Origin: Nemertoderma westbladi
Taxonomy: Eukaryota; Animalia; Xenacoelomorpha
Reading direction: 5' to 3'
DNA length: 40,897 nt
Assembly: GCA_032718475.1 (NCBI GenBank)
Contig: JAUCBJ010006489.1
Location: 1 to 40,897 of the forward strand
Part shown: piece by piece, positions 1 through 12,200 of the stretch
How positions within the stretch are numbered: the stretch's first letter is position 1
Layout of the letters: every line of letters starts with the position of its first letter
Position numbers and translations under genes: made by a program
The notes under the pieces: model-generated
Database searches by the model: none
The model's input: the letters and a program-made list of their open reading frames with translations, nothing else
What the model was told of the DNA's origin: nothing

Positions 1-20
1 TGAATTATTTTATATTCTAG

Positions 21-294
21 AATGTTGTTCAATACGATTCCGAGGCGTCGTATTCTAGTGACGACGATGATGTTGGCCTGACCATGGACAAATGTCCTTA
101 CAACGAATCCAGCGACACAGACACTAGTAACATCCGTGGCCCTAAATCGGTTGTGTTAACGACACCTACTAGTGAAGTAGAGGAGCACCTCAATCCCTAC
201 AGTTACAGCTGGACTCTTATGAGATTGGCTGTGACCAGATTAACTCAACATAATCTTAAAACATTGTTACCAATTCTTGCTATTGAAGTTCCAG
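21..294 (+). CDS. DMXL1: DMXL exon (NVVQYDSE...EHLNPYSYSWTLMRLA...IEVP)
   Basis: Acceptor ttctag at 15-20, donor gtaagt at 295; YDSE and SYSW motifs. Confidence 0.9.
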
Positions 295-3200
295 GTAAGT
301 TGTGACGTTTTTTACGATTTGCTAGTGACACGCACCGACTATAAAATGGTATATGTTTTTGTAACACGCACCGTATTTCCCTTTTATGCATATACAATAC
401 GTTATGCCCTGTTATATTCATTGCAGAGTTACCAATAGTATCTCCTTTGGTACATATGGTTAGCCAGACCCTAGAGCAGTGGAACCAGGTACTCAAGGCA
501 AGACTCGATATCTTTAACGGCCCTCCAGACTTCTATCACGACATGGTTTCATTAACTACAACAGGTAACATTTACTACTGTTGTTACGGTACATGGTATG
601 TATAACTATCTTATATGTTGTAAACGTTCTTTTCATGTCATCGTACTTGGGTTAATGCCAACCATATTGATCAATGTCCCGTACGTGAATTTTGAAATTT
701 GTTTAATTTTGAAATTAACTAACGTTACGGAATGCAAAAATTGAGAAAAATTTGTTGTCACGTATGGGAAATTTATAAAAAAAATTTCGTACTTTATGTC
801 CATATTCTTGTAAATTTGAATTAACAGTCGTTTAATGGTGGTATTGATGTATCCGGCAAGAGATGTCAGATCGAAATAGAAAGTTTTCGGCCCTTTCATT
901 CCAAAACCCAGTATCTCAAATTTTTAAAAAAATTAGTTTTATATATCATTCAAATCAGGAAACTGTTCTGCGTCTGTCTGTGAAGTTTCTAAGCATTTGA
1001 AGAAGGGGAAATAGGTTTTTGCAATTTCCAAAACCCAGTATCTCATCTAGTTATATAGAAAATACATATAAAATTTCGTTTATACAAAACCCAGTATCTC
1101 CAAAAATTGTATGTCAAAACCTGACTATGCCCCATTTTATGAGCAATTACTCAATTCCGGAAAACAAATTCATATTTTTGACAACGTGTGTAATTTAACC
1201 AATAGCTTAACTAGGTACCGGCAAGTTTATGTGGAAATTCATTGATAATGGGAACATCAATAATGTGTTGCCTAAAGACTTGTAACAGTTCTAAAAATTA
1301 ATACCGGTACTGATGGAGATACTGGGTTTTGCAATGAATATATTGTCTATTTTAAGAACATATTTTATAATTCAAAACATACTATCTTTCTTATGTTATA
1401 TATACCACAACAACTAACAGCTAACAACATGTAATATATTTCACATATTGTGAATTTATTTTTGTCAGCTATTGCAGCCTTCACCACCGGGTCCGGTCGT
1501 TGGTTTACATTCAGTGTCTTTTTCCATTAATTATAAACTGCCCGTTTATCACCCGTAGTTTATCACCCACCCCCCTAATTTGTAAAGGTGAGGCGTGTGT
1601 ATTATGGACATTTCCGACGCTGACAATTCTCACCCATGAAAATTTCATTAGACCCTTTGAATGGGTCGGAATTGTCCGGGTCGGAATTGTCCTAACTTCT
1701 TGTTCCTAACAGCTTGCATGGATGAACAATGTCTTAAAAAGGTTCGATAATTATAATTGGCAATAAAAGGGCTTGAATTAATTGAAACAAAGGTTTGCCA
1801 AAAAGTTTTTTGGAGAAGTTTCATATCAAAACCCAGTATCTCCAAAAAGTTTCATATCAAAACCCAGTATCTCCAAAAAGTTTCATATCAAAACCCAGTA
1901 TTTACGACTAGGCCTCATTTCATGAGTAATAATTAAATTCTGGTAAATAAATTCCTGTTTTTTATTGGTTGGCTAAATTAACCAATGGCTGCCCTTGGTT
2001 CTGACCATTTTTGGGTTCATTTCATAGCGCTATGAAATGAACCCAAAAATGGTATTGTTGGGAAGCTTAGATGTTTTGCTTTCTTTTCCGATTTATTTCA
2101 GGCCATAATATTCATGTTGAACCATTTGAGATCGATACATAAAATGGGCATGGATTTTTCAATTTTTGTGTCACATCTGTAACATTTACGTCTAGAATCT
2201 GAAGTAGTAACTGTAGGTTTTCAGTTTTGATATATTTAGAATCTACAGGGTTTCTAACATATATAGGCCAAATATCACATACAAAGGGTAAGGTCATCTC
2301 ATTTGGGAAGCATTTATATTTAACAAAGTCAATATTGAAAGCATAAACGTCCATATCTGTAACGCTACAAATGTGGCCATAGATTTTGATAATATTAATC
2401 TCATACAAGTATAATGGTACGTGTGGAAAGGCAATTTGAATTTATGCCGCATTAACCCCAAGAGTTAATGTGATAAATAAACACCTATGATGTATGGCGG
2501 TGGTAAGCGTTTTTGTCAACCATCTGTAACGCGTCACCGTTACAGTGCAGTGCGTTACAGATAGGGCATGTCTCATCTGTAACGCATCATATAACCAGTT
2601 ATCGATGCGTTACAGACTGTAGGTTTTCAGTCATATCTATATGACAGTCCTATCTGTAACGGAGTGTCATCCCGAAATACATTAAGGCATCACTGACAAT
2701 ATTTGAATGCCTACGCGTTTGATACGTTCTTCGTCTTCCTACTGACATCCTAACTGCTCATGGTAATGTGGTTGTGTAAGATGGGTAAGTATAAAACGCG
2801 GAACCGGATGCAGGATCCGGATCGGTACTCGGATTTTGAGGTTAAACGCGGATCCGGGTTTTCATGAAATCCAGAAATGAATGCAAAATGCGAATTCAAT
2901 CTAATTTGAATTGTTGCTGGAGTGTTACTGGATCCTCCCGTAAGGGGAGTAAAACACGGATTCATGTTTATCTCTATCCGGGAAGAGGTGATTGTGGATT
3001 CTGGGGAGTAAAGCGCAGATTCACTTCACATATGAAATTTTATGAATCCAGAGCTTCTGGCTCCGTGGTAAATAATTTAGGAATTAATTGCAAATATATA
3101 CAATCTCCATCTTATAAATTTTAAAAGTAGGCCTATTAATAAAATGTGCTTTTTGCAGAATTTCGCTTTATTTCGTTTAGAATTGTAGAAGATACATTTC

Positions 3201-6200
3201 CTACAAACAGCGTTTTTTTTAACATACAATATATTGTACAGACGGTACTTTGCCCTGTTTCGTTTTGCGTTTTTCGTTATTAGGCTTCCCTGCATAGACG
3301 CGTAATTTATTACAACAATGCTGATAGCAATGATCCTCATAGCATATAAAAGGCCTATGCCCTATATTTTACTATCAATTTCTAAATCATTGGCTTAACA
3401 TCACTCACTGACTTACATGAAGGACTTGTGCACTACTTATATTATTGTGATAAGTTTAGTCAGATCCGTTTATTGGATGTGGTAATAGACGTCTCTGAAT
3501 CAGTTGCAGAGAAACGCCAGGGAACGGTTAAATAAGTACAGAGGAAAAATGGACCGCGGTTGTTATACAGAGTATTCTAAACAAGCATATATAAAAAGCG
3601 GCGCGATAGAGAAAATTTAAAACGGGATAAAAAAATCGTGTAAAACAAGATTATCGGTTACACAGAAAAATGTTAATGAAAAACTTTTTCTATTTATTGG
3701 AAATCATGTGTATTAAGTACATATAATTTAATGGATGCGATGGTTATGGGCAGATATCTCTGTTTGTTACAGATGTTTGTCAAATAAATTACCTTATTGT
3801 CGAAGCAATAAGTTATAAATACTGCAAAATCCATAACATAATTACCGTTACAGATGGCCATTACAGACGTTTGTCCCATAAATGTCATCACTGTAATGCG
3901 TTACAGTGGTAGACAAAAACGTTACAGATATGACATTAGTTTTTGCCATATATCTCCCTTTGAGCAGCGCGTCATGCTCTCCCTCTAACATCACAAGATT
4001 CGCAATGAAATTATCTTTCGAATGGTGTATGGTATGGCAGTAATTTCCGACAAAAATTTTTTGGTCAATTTGTACCCCTTTTTGGCCACTTTTAAGCTTA
4101 TTGACCCAGCGTTGATCATCAATCGCAGAAGGTCCAAAGTCTTTTGCATTTTTCTCAATATGAAAAAATTTGGGAATACTGGGTTCTGGAATGAAAGGGC
4201 CGTTTTCTGGAGAGAAAAAATTAAAAAATTGTCACTGAAAATAAATTTTTCATAGAATGACAAACACAAAGTTTCACTTTCTGTTAAACTTTGCCATGAA
4301 AAGTGGGGCTAAATATTTTTTTCCTGTTAATAACAATGTGATACACAAAACTGTTGCATATGGTCAACTGAAAACCTTTATTTTATATCAAACAATGAAT
4401 TTGAAAATGTAAATAGACAGTTTTTTATGTCATGTATGGGACATAATAATATGGTATAGAAATGAATTTACATGGAAACAATTATTATAAATTTTGACAT
4501 TTTTATTTTCCATAAAATTCTCCAAAAAAATCCCCCGTACTAGAATTTAAATCCAGTTTAACGTCGTTCCCACTGCCAACTCCTGTTCCATCCCAACTTC
4601 CATCCCACTCTCAACTACTGTCCCAATCTCAAAACCCTTTCCACAAATAGTTAATTTGGTATTAAATTAATTTGGTCTGTTGTCAATTAAGTGGAAGGAG
4701 CAGGTTACAGATTATCTGTGACTGGTAAGCCCCCAACCATTAATTAAATGTAAGTTACATAGTTGATTAGACCATGGTTAACTTCTGCCCCCAGCACAAT
4801 GTCAAGTATGGGACATCCTGTCACGTTATGGGACATGGCAGTTTTTTCAACCTGGCCAAATAAATGTTTACGTAGCGGTCTCACTGATACAACTCAAACA
4901 TGGCAAAACAATCAAAGAAATGGATGGGGCGATCTAATAAATTTTGTATCAGTTCGCATTTTCTGATAAATAACCTCTGTTACGTTTGGGACACTTTTTT
5001 GGACCATTTTGGACTCGCTCACGCAATTTATTCATATTACCTTCTAAACCACCAAAAATTGGCAATCTAATTGAAAATTGTAATTGTAATTTTAATGGCC
5101 AAAATGAGCCCGTAATCACATTAACAAAATTTGAAAAATGTCCCGTAAGTAACGATTTTTTTTTTTAATTCGTTGTAGCTTTTTTCTATAACAAGCTGTT
5201 CTTTCAGTGTAGCACAGCAGGAGGGGACCGATTATAGTGTATCTGGCGATCTAATTATCAAAGCCAACCAACCATTCATTCTCGAATGATTTACATTTTT
5301 ATATATTTTTTGTCCCGTACGTGATGTACATTTAGTATTTACACTAGTTCAGTCGGTAAAATTAAACTACATTGCAGATACTTTGTTTAGTTTAAGTTAT
5401 CCACTGGCAATCAAGTAAACATTTGTTCACTTCACTGTAATGCTCACAACCTGAATCACTATGTTCGACCACATCTGGGTCGTAAGAGCCTTAGCTATAA
5501 ACTTTGTACACCCACAGAATCAATAATAATATGACGTATACTTTTATTTACAAATATAATTCGTTTAATTTGTTTCATATTCAGCACCCAATGTTCAGGA
5601 ACGTTCCCTACCTTCCTTACTGAAACATAAGGAACTTCTGGAACCGGATAACACGCCATTCCGTTCCTCCAAACATTCGGCGCTGCCCGCGAAACGTCTG
5701 TGGAACTTCCTTGTTCGACAAGAGATTATCCAGGACACTTTCATACAATACGTGTTCCACAAACCCCGGACTGATGCCGAGGTGAGTTTGTTACACTAAG
5801 TATTCTACGTACACGGCTATGTGGTTAACCCTTTTTTGTCTCATCTATACACATAACATTATTATTGTGCCAAACACTCCGTGATTTAAATGGATTCTTC
5901 GACCCTACAAAGTGAAGCTCTCTTATTGTTCCGATAGATAACAGTGTCCAGTAATAGTAGTCAGTATATGGCAGACCCTGTTGGGATCTTAGAGGACACC
6001 AAAGCAATGGATGGTTATCATACACGACGGTGGCCATCAACAGACAACACAAACCACGAAAGAAATGTATTGTTGTCTGGCCCGAATGTTGCAGCGAAAG
6101 ACACGACACGTTACTTTATATGACGTGGAAGGAAGCTACGTCCGTACTGGAATAATTGTAGTACATGTGGCATCTGGGTGCCGAGATATTGTAATTGATG

Positions 6201-9200
6201 TGCAAGGCGACATTCACCTTTATCTATATTGTTAAAATAAAGTTATTCTAGAACACCTCCACTTCGATCCTTAATTCTTCCCTACTGTACCTTTTGTTTG
6301 GCTTGTAACCTTCTATTGTAAATTTCTGTATAATTTATCTATTTGTCCCGATTGTGTGTGTGATATGGGATGTGTGTTAACGAAATCTCCGACAAAAACA
6401 AAACTCTTGAATTTGTAACTATTTAGAATCAACAATAACTTTAAAATGGCAAATAGGAATACCATTCGCAAATAAAATCCTGTTTTTTAAATAGGACGAT
6501 ATCTTTTAATTTTAACATTATTTTTAAGAGAAACGACAAGAGTAAACTCGCATCTACATCTAGCTATGTTTTAATATTTCCAAAAACAGCCTTTGGAATT
6601 TCTTTTTCAGTTATATTGAATGTTTCTTTCTCACCATCACTGCCATCCTCGTCTTCATCACTGTCACTGATGTCTATCTCATCGGGATTAACAGTTTTTA
6701 TAACATCTTTCGTTGTTTCTTCTTGACTTCTAACAAACATAATATCCTTGGAGAGTTTACTGGAGGCGGGAGTTTCTGGAACAATCGATTCCAACATCTT
6801 CATAGAATCCTGTGTATCTGTTGTATCAGCGGCGGACTCCAACATCGCTGAGGTCATAAAGTTCACCTGCGTGTTGTATATCGCCTGGACACTCCGTTTA
6901 ACCCGTAACATCTCCCGTACTGTGTCCTCATTACCGTGTTTTATCTCAAACTCCTTCCAGATGTCCCAGAAGTCCTTGGCAGCCCGCGGATCGCACAGCT
7001 GACTGCAGTAGGCGTAGATGGCCCGCGCGCGGTCCACCTCCCCCAACTTCCGTTCCATATCCGCGAACTTTACGCACATATCCTTGGCGAAGTCATCCCC
7101 GAGAGCCTCGATGGCCTTCTGGTAGATCTCCCGCGTGTAACTGAGTCCGTAAATCTCGGCGGCGCGACGGATGTAAATGTTGAACATATCGAACTGTTCG
7201 CGCCCCTTCTCAACGGCCGCGGTCGCTCGCTCGTAGACCGCCATCGCGTGCCGCGCCATCCCGTGTTCCTCTTCCAGTTTCGCGTAGAGTAAGTAAACGT
7301 TCTTGGCGAACTTTGCCGGGATTCCGTCGACACACTGCTCGAATAAATCCCTCGCGCGCTCCAACTTGCTCCCGCCGTAACGCGCTATAAATTTAACCAA
7401 ATACGTATTCCAAATCTCAAATACAAAAGGCCATTTAAATAGAACGACACCTTTCTCGTAAGCTTTAAATGATTCCTCGAAGTGATTGCTCTCCTCTAGG
7501 AACATGCAATAGTTAATGATGATCTGCGGTGTAGCGATCCTAAGGTCTATGATCTTATCGTAGACCGCCTTACAAGTCTTAAAGGTCCCGAAGGATTCCT
7601 CTAGATCCGCGTACATAGACCAGAGTTTAAGGGAGCGGAAGACGCGACTCTGTGCCGGTTCCTTCTGGTCGAAGTAGCCGGCCCTCTGGGCGGTTGGGGT
7701 CGTGGCTCTCTGCATCAGCTGCAAAGCGCTGTCGTACTGCTGGAGGCGTAGTTCCAGTTCCGCGTACTCGCACCACACTGTGGCGAGTTCGTCGACTCTA
7801 CGGAAGGGTTCCAGTAAGGCGCGTTCCAGCACGGAACGCGCCTCTTCCGGCTGGCCCGCTCGCTCGTAGAACTTCCCGAAGTCGACCCACAGCTGGTAGA
7901 GGTTACCCGTGGCCTGGGCGGGGTCCACAGTGGTCACGGCTTCCGTGTACGTCCGCACCACGTCGAGCGGACGCCCCTCGTACAAGTCGACGCGTTTCAT
8001 CCATTCGTGGACGTTGTGGGGGTTCTGTCGGAGTAGAACGGCGTTCAGTAGCAGCGGGCGACGCTCGATTAGGTCCTCGAATCGTGCGAGGCGCAACTCC
8101 AGATCGAGTTCGCGTTCCGGAGTTAAACAATCCTCCTCCATCATCGCGGATATCGTCGACTCCTCGAACTGGGAATACCGGTCGAATATCTGCGTGAAGT
8201 CGACCACTGTGATTACCGATTCGATGCCCTCGCTGTAAATGTCCCGCGCGCGTTCGAACTGCCCCGAACGCACGTAGTAATCCGCTAACGCGTTCCACAA
8301 CTGCCCCTTCTGGTCCGAGTATCGGCGAATCCCTTGTCGAATAATCGCGTCGACGTTTAACGACACAACCTTCTCGGGATTCCCCGTTATTATCGCGCAC
8401 AACTCCATCCACAACTGGAATTTGGATTTCCCTTCAACCGATACGAATTTCTCATCGTTTATAACCCCAGCGAGACGCACTGCGGCTTCGTCAAGCCGTT
8501 CAACCTTCCGGAGATACGTAACGTAGCGCTCAGTCTGCTGTGGCTCCAACTTCAGGTACCTACGGTAGATACGCACCGCCGTTTCCGGGAGTTCTAACGA
8601 CTCTACGAAGGAAAGATACAGCGGCCAAACGCGGTGGTGTTGCGTTATCGGTAGACTTCGTAACGCGCGGTCGAATAGCCGTCTAGTGCGGGTTACTCGA
8701 CGTTGTGACGTCATTATCTTACAGTAATCAATCCAAATACGAGGCATTTTATGCATAAAAACTAGAGATCTTTCATAAGCGTTGTTAACCTCCTCGTATA
8801 AACTGTCGGTAACGCTACGGTAACGCAACTGTTTGCCCCGTAACTTTAGGTAATTGTACCAGAGTTTGTAACTCCCCGGTAACTCTTTAAGGGATCGTTC
8901 GTACACCTGGATTAGGTTGTTTATCGGCCCGTCTTTCTTGTGATCGATGTAACGCAACCAGGACTTTACTAGGTAGGGATTACGTAGTATGTCTTCTTCG
9001 TAAGGTAAATCCACATCTTCGATGTCAATAATAGCCGCGTTGCCTTTAGGATGATAATCTTCCATCGGGACATCTTCGACAGAATGCGAATTTTCAGCCA
9101 TTCTTAAATTATTATTTTAATTATCATTATTTTAAAATTAGAACCGAATTCTGTCAGTCTCTACAGCTATACCAGTATACGTCTATCTATAACCTGTACG

Positions 9201-12200
9201 GTAATACGAACTTTATAGCACACAACCAAACATCAGTCTTGACGTTCAAGGCCTCCTGACTGACTGAAATAATCAGCTGATCTTGCTAAAAATTATTATT
9301 TATAACTAGAACGTAACAACTTTAAACGAACCTGTCTTAAGGCCCGTTCACATCCAACGGAACGGTACACCGCGCGGTGTACCGCAGGGCCAGCGGTACA
9401 CCGCTGACTGTGAACGACCCAACATGTAGTTGTGCGCTAAACCGCGCGGTTTACCGCAGCCCATTTAAACAATGTTAAAACAATTAATGGAATTTCCTGT
9501 TGAATTCACAGTCTACAGATAGACAATCAGTTACCGCAACGGTACCGTTGGGTGTGAACGGGCTCCGGGTAGTATACCGCTGGCTTACCGCTTCAATACC
9601 GCCAGACTACTTTACCGCTCACACACCGTTGGATGTGAACGGGGCTTTACACAGACTCCAAGAAGCAGATAGGATTGGAAGATGCAAACCAAAAATGACT
9701 TGCATCAACCAAATCAAAAAACTGCCTCCCATCTAATGTAATACACATTCGCCTAGGCAAACAAATCATAATCAATCACAATTACTGCGATGTGTGAAAT
9801 GTTATCCCCATCCGCAACCTCGGTACGGTAACGGGCCCAAAGAGCAGTTTTTTCTGCGATGTGGTCTTTCTCGGCAACAATTGTATTAGATAAATTAAAT
9901 AAAGGACACTAATTATTTCTACCTGCCGGTAATACATTCTCACTCAGTTAGACTAATAAAAAACATCGAAAGCAACCAATATTATGTACGTGCACTAATT
10001 ATGCACTATTATGCGCTCACTAAATTTTAATTTATGTACGTAACTCCAATTGACAATAATTAGTGAAATGTTGTTCACCTGACAAAGTGTAGTTGTGGGT
10101 ATTTAATTTCGCGTTCCATAATGTTGATAATATGCTAATATTTCGAATCGCACATCGAATCGATCCCAACATTTTTATTCAACAACTAGATACTAATTTA
10201 TAAATAGTCGCGTTTAAAATTGTTGCTTGAGTTTTTGAGATATTGGATCGTTATACATACATACACACACCAACACACAACCAACCAACCACATCGGCTC
10301 AACTCTTAACAAGAACTACCCTGTCTAAAGACATATTTAGGAAATAGGGTAAAATTTCATGTCCGTCTGTCTGTCTGTCAGTCCGTCTGTAATGGAAAAT
10401 TCATTCGTAAATAACTTTTGAAGATTTTAACCATTTTCAACCCAATTTTGTATGGAAAAGTTCCATTATTATTAAAAGATACGGGCAAATACATCTCGAA
10501 CTTTTGACTCCAGATCAAATCGAACTTGTTTCGAACTTGCTCAAGTTCGCGTGCTGCGCGACGCCCCACGAACGTGTTATAACGCCTGTTGTGTGGAATA
10601 CTAATAATAATAATAATAATAAAATGAATCTACACAAAATTATATTGCAGGTAATGCAAGATAATGCCTTGTTGATTTAGCATTTTGTGACCTTTGACCT
10701 TTATGTGGCAGCGTTTTCATGAGTTTGAGAGCGAATCTTTAAAGAAAATTTACCTCAAAGCCCCTTTAACGAATCCAAATACGCCACGGCATATAAAGTA
10801 CTTTACCGTTTTCTATACCCCGTTTCTTTATTTGCCTCACTCACTACGCTAGTGAGTGTAATAAGCTATTCTAAACATGTATGTAAATATATCGTTATAA
10901 TTATGTATCATCTCATTATTTTAGTTCGATTTTCTCGACGATTCGAGGGACTCCATTCCACATATAACTATTCACAAAGAAAAGGAACCAATATCATCAT
11001 TCTGTCTGAATCAAGTACCAACTTCATTTAATGTGAGTACTGCAATAAAACAAGTACCTACTTCATTTAATGTGAGCATTGCAATAAAACAAGTACCTAC
11101 TTCATATAATGTGAGTACTGCAATAAAACAAGTACCTACTTCATTTAATGTGAGTACTGCAATAAAACAAGTACCTACTTCATTTAATTTAAGTACTGCA
11201 ACAAAACAAGTACCTACTTTATTTAATGTGAGTACTGCAATAAAACAAGTACCTACTTAATTTAATGTGAGTACTGCAATAAAACAAGTACCTACTTCAT
11301 TTAATGTGAGTACTGCAATAAAACAAGTACCTACTTCATTTAATGTGAGTACTGCAATAAAACAAGTACCTACTTCATTTAATGTGAGTACTGCAATAAA
11401 ACAAGTACCTACTTCATTTAATGTGAGTACTGCAATAAAACAAGTACCTACTTCATTTAATGTGAGTACTGCAATAAAACAAGTACCTACTTCATTTAAT
11501 GTGAGTACTGCAATAAAACAAGTACCTACTTCATTTAATGTGAATACTGCAATAAAACAAGTACCTACTTCATTTAATGTGAGTACTGCAATAAAACAAG
11601 TACCTACTTCATTTAATGTGAGTACTGCAATAAAACAAGTACCTACTTCATTTAATGTGAGTACTGCAATAAAACAAGTACCTACTTAATTTAATGTGAG
11701 CATTGCAATAAAACAATTACCTACTTCGTTTAATGTGAGTACTGCAATAATACAAGTACCTACTTCATTTAATGTGAGTACTGCAATAAAACAAGTACCT
11801 ACTTCATTTAATGTGAGTACTGCAATAAAACAAGTACCTACTTCATTTAATGTGAGTACTGCAATAAAACAAGTACCTACTTCATTTAATGTGAGTACTG
11901 CAATAAAACAAGTACCTACTTCATTTAATGTGAGTACTGCAATAAAACAAGTACCTACTTCATTTAATGTGAGTACTGCAATAAAACAAGTACCTACTTC
12001 ATTTAATGTGAGTACTGCAATAAAACAAGTACCTACTTCATTTAATGTGAGTACTGCAATAAAACAAGTACCTACTTCATTTAATGTGAGTACTGCAATA
12101 AAACAAGTACCTACTTCATTTAATGTGAGTACTGCAATAAAACAAGTACCTACTTCATTTAATGTGAGTACTGCAATAAAACAAGTACCTACTTCATTTA

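Larger units (their letters stand above)
889..4201. mobile_element. Non-autonomous TIR DNA element (3.3 kb, probably with nested insertions)
   Basis: Left GGCCCTTTCATTCCAAAACCCAGTATCTCAAATTTTT vs right AAAAATTTGGGAATACTGGGTTCTGGAATGAAAGGGCC; flanked by direct GTTTTC (883-888, 4202-4207); internal AAAACCCAGTATCTC copies. Confidence 0.8.

Noticed and set aside
5820-6255. Possible solo LTR (TG...AATAAA...CA)
   Set aside because: No target-site duplication, terminal inverted repeat, PBS or PPT found
6748-8412. Alternative-frame and antisense ORFs within XAB2
   Set aside because: Shadow ORFs of a GC-rich CDS with no recognisable motifs
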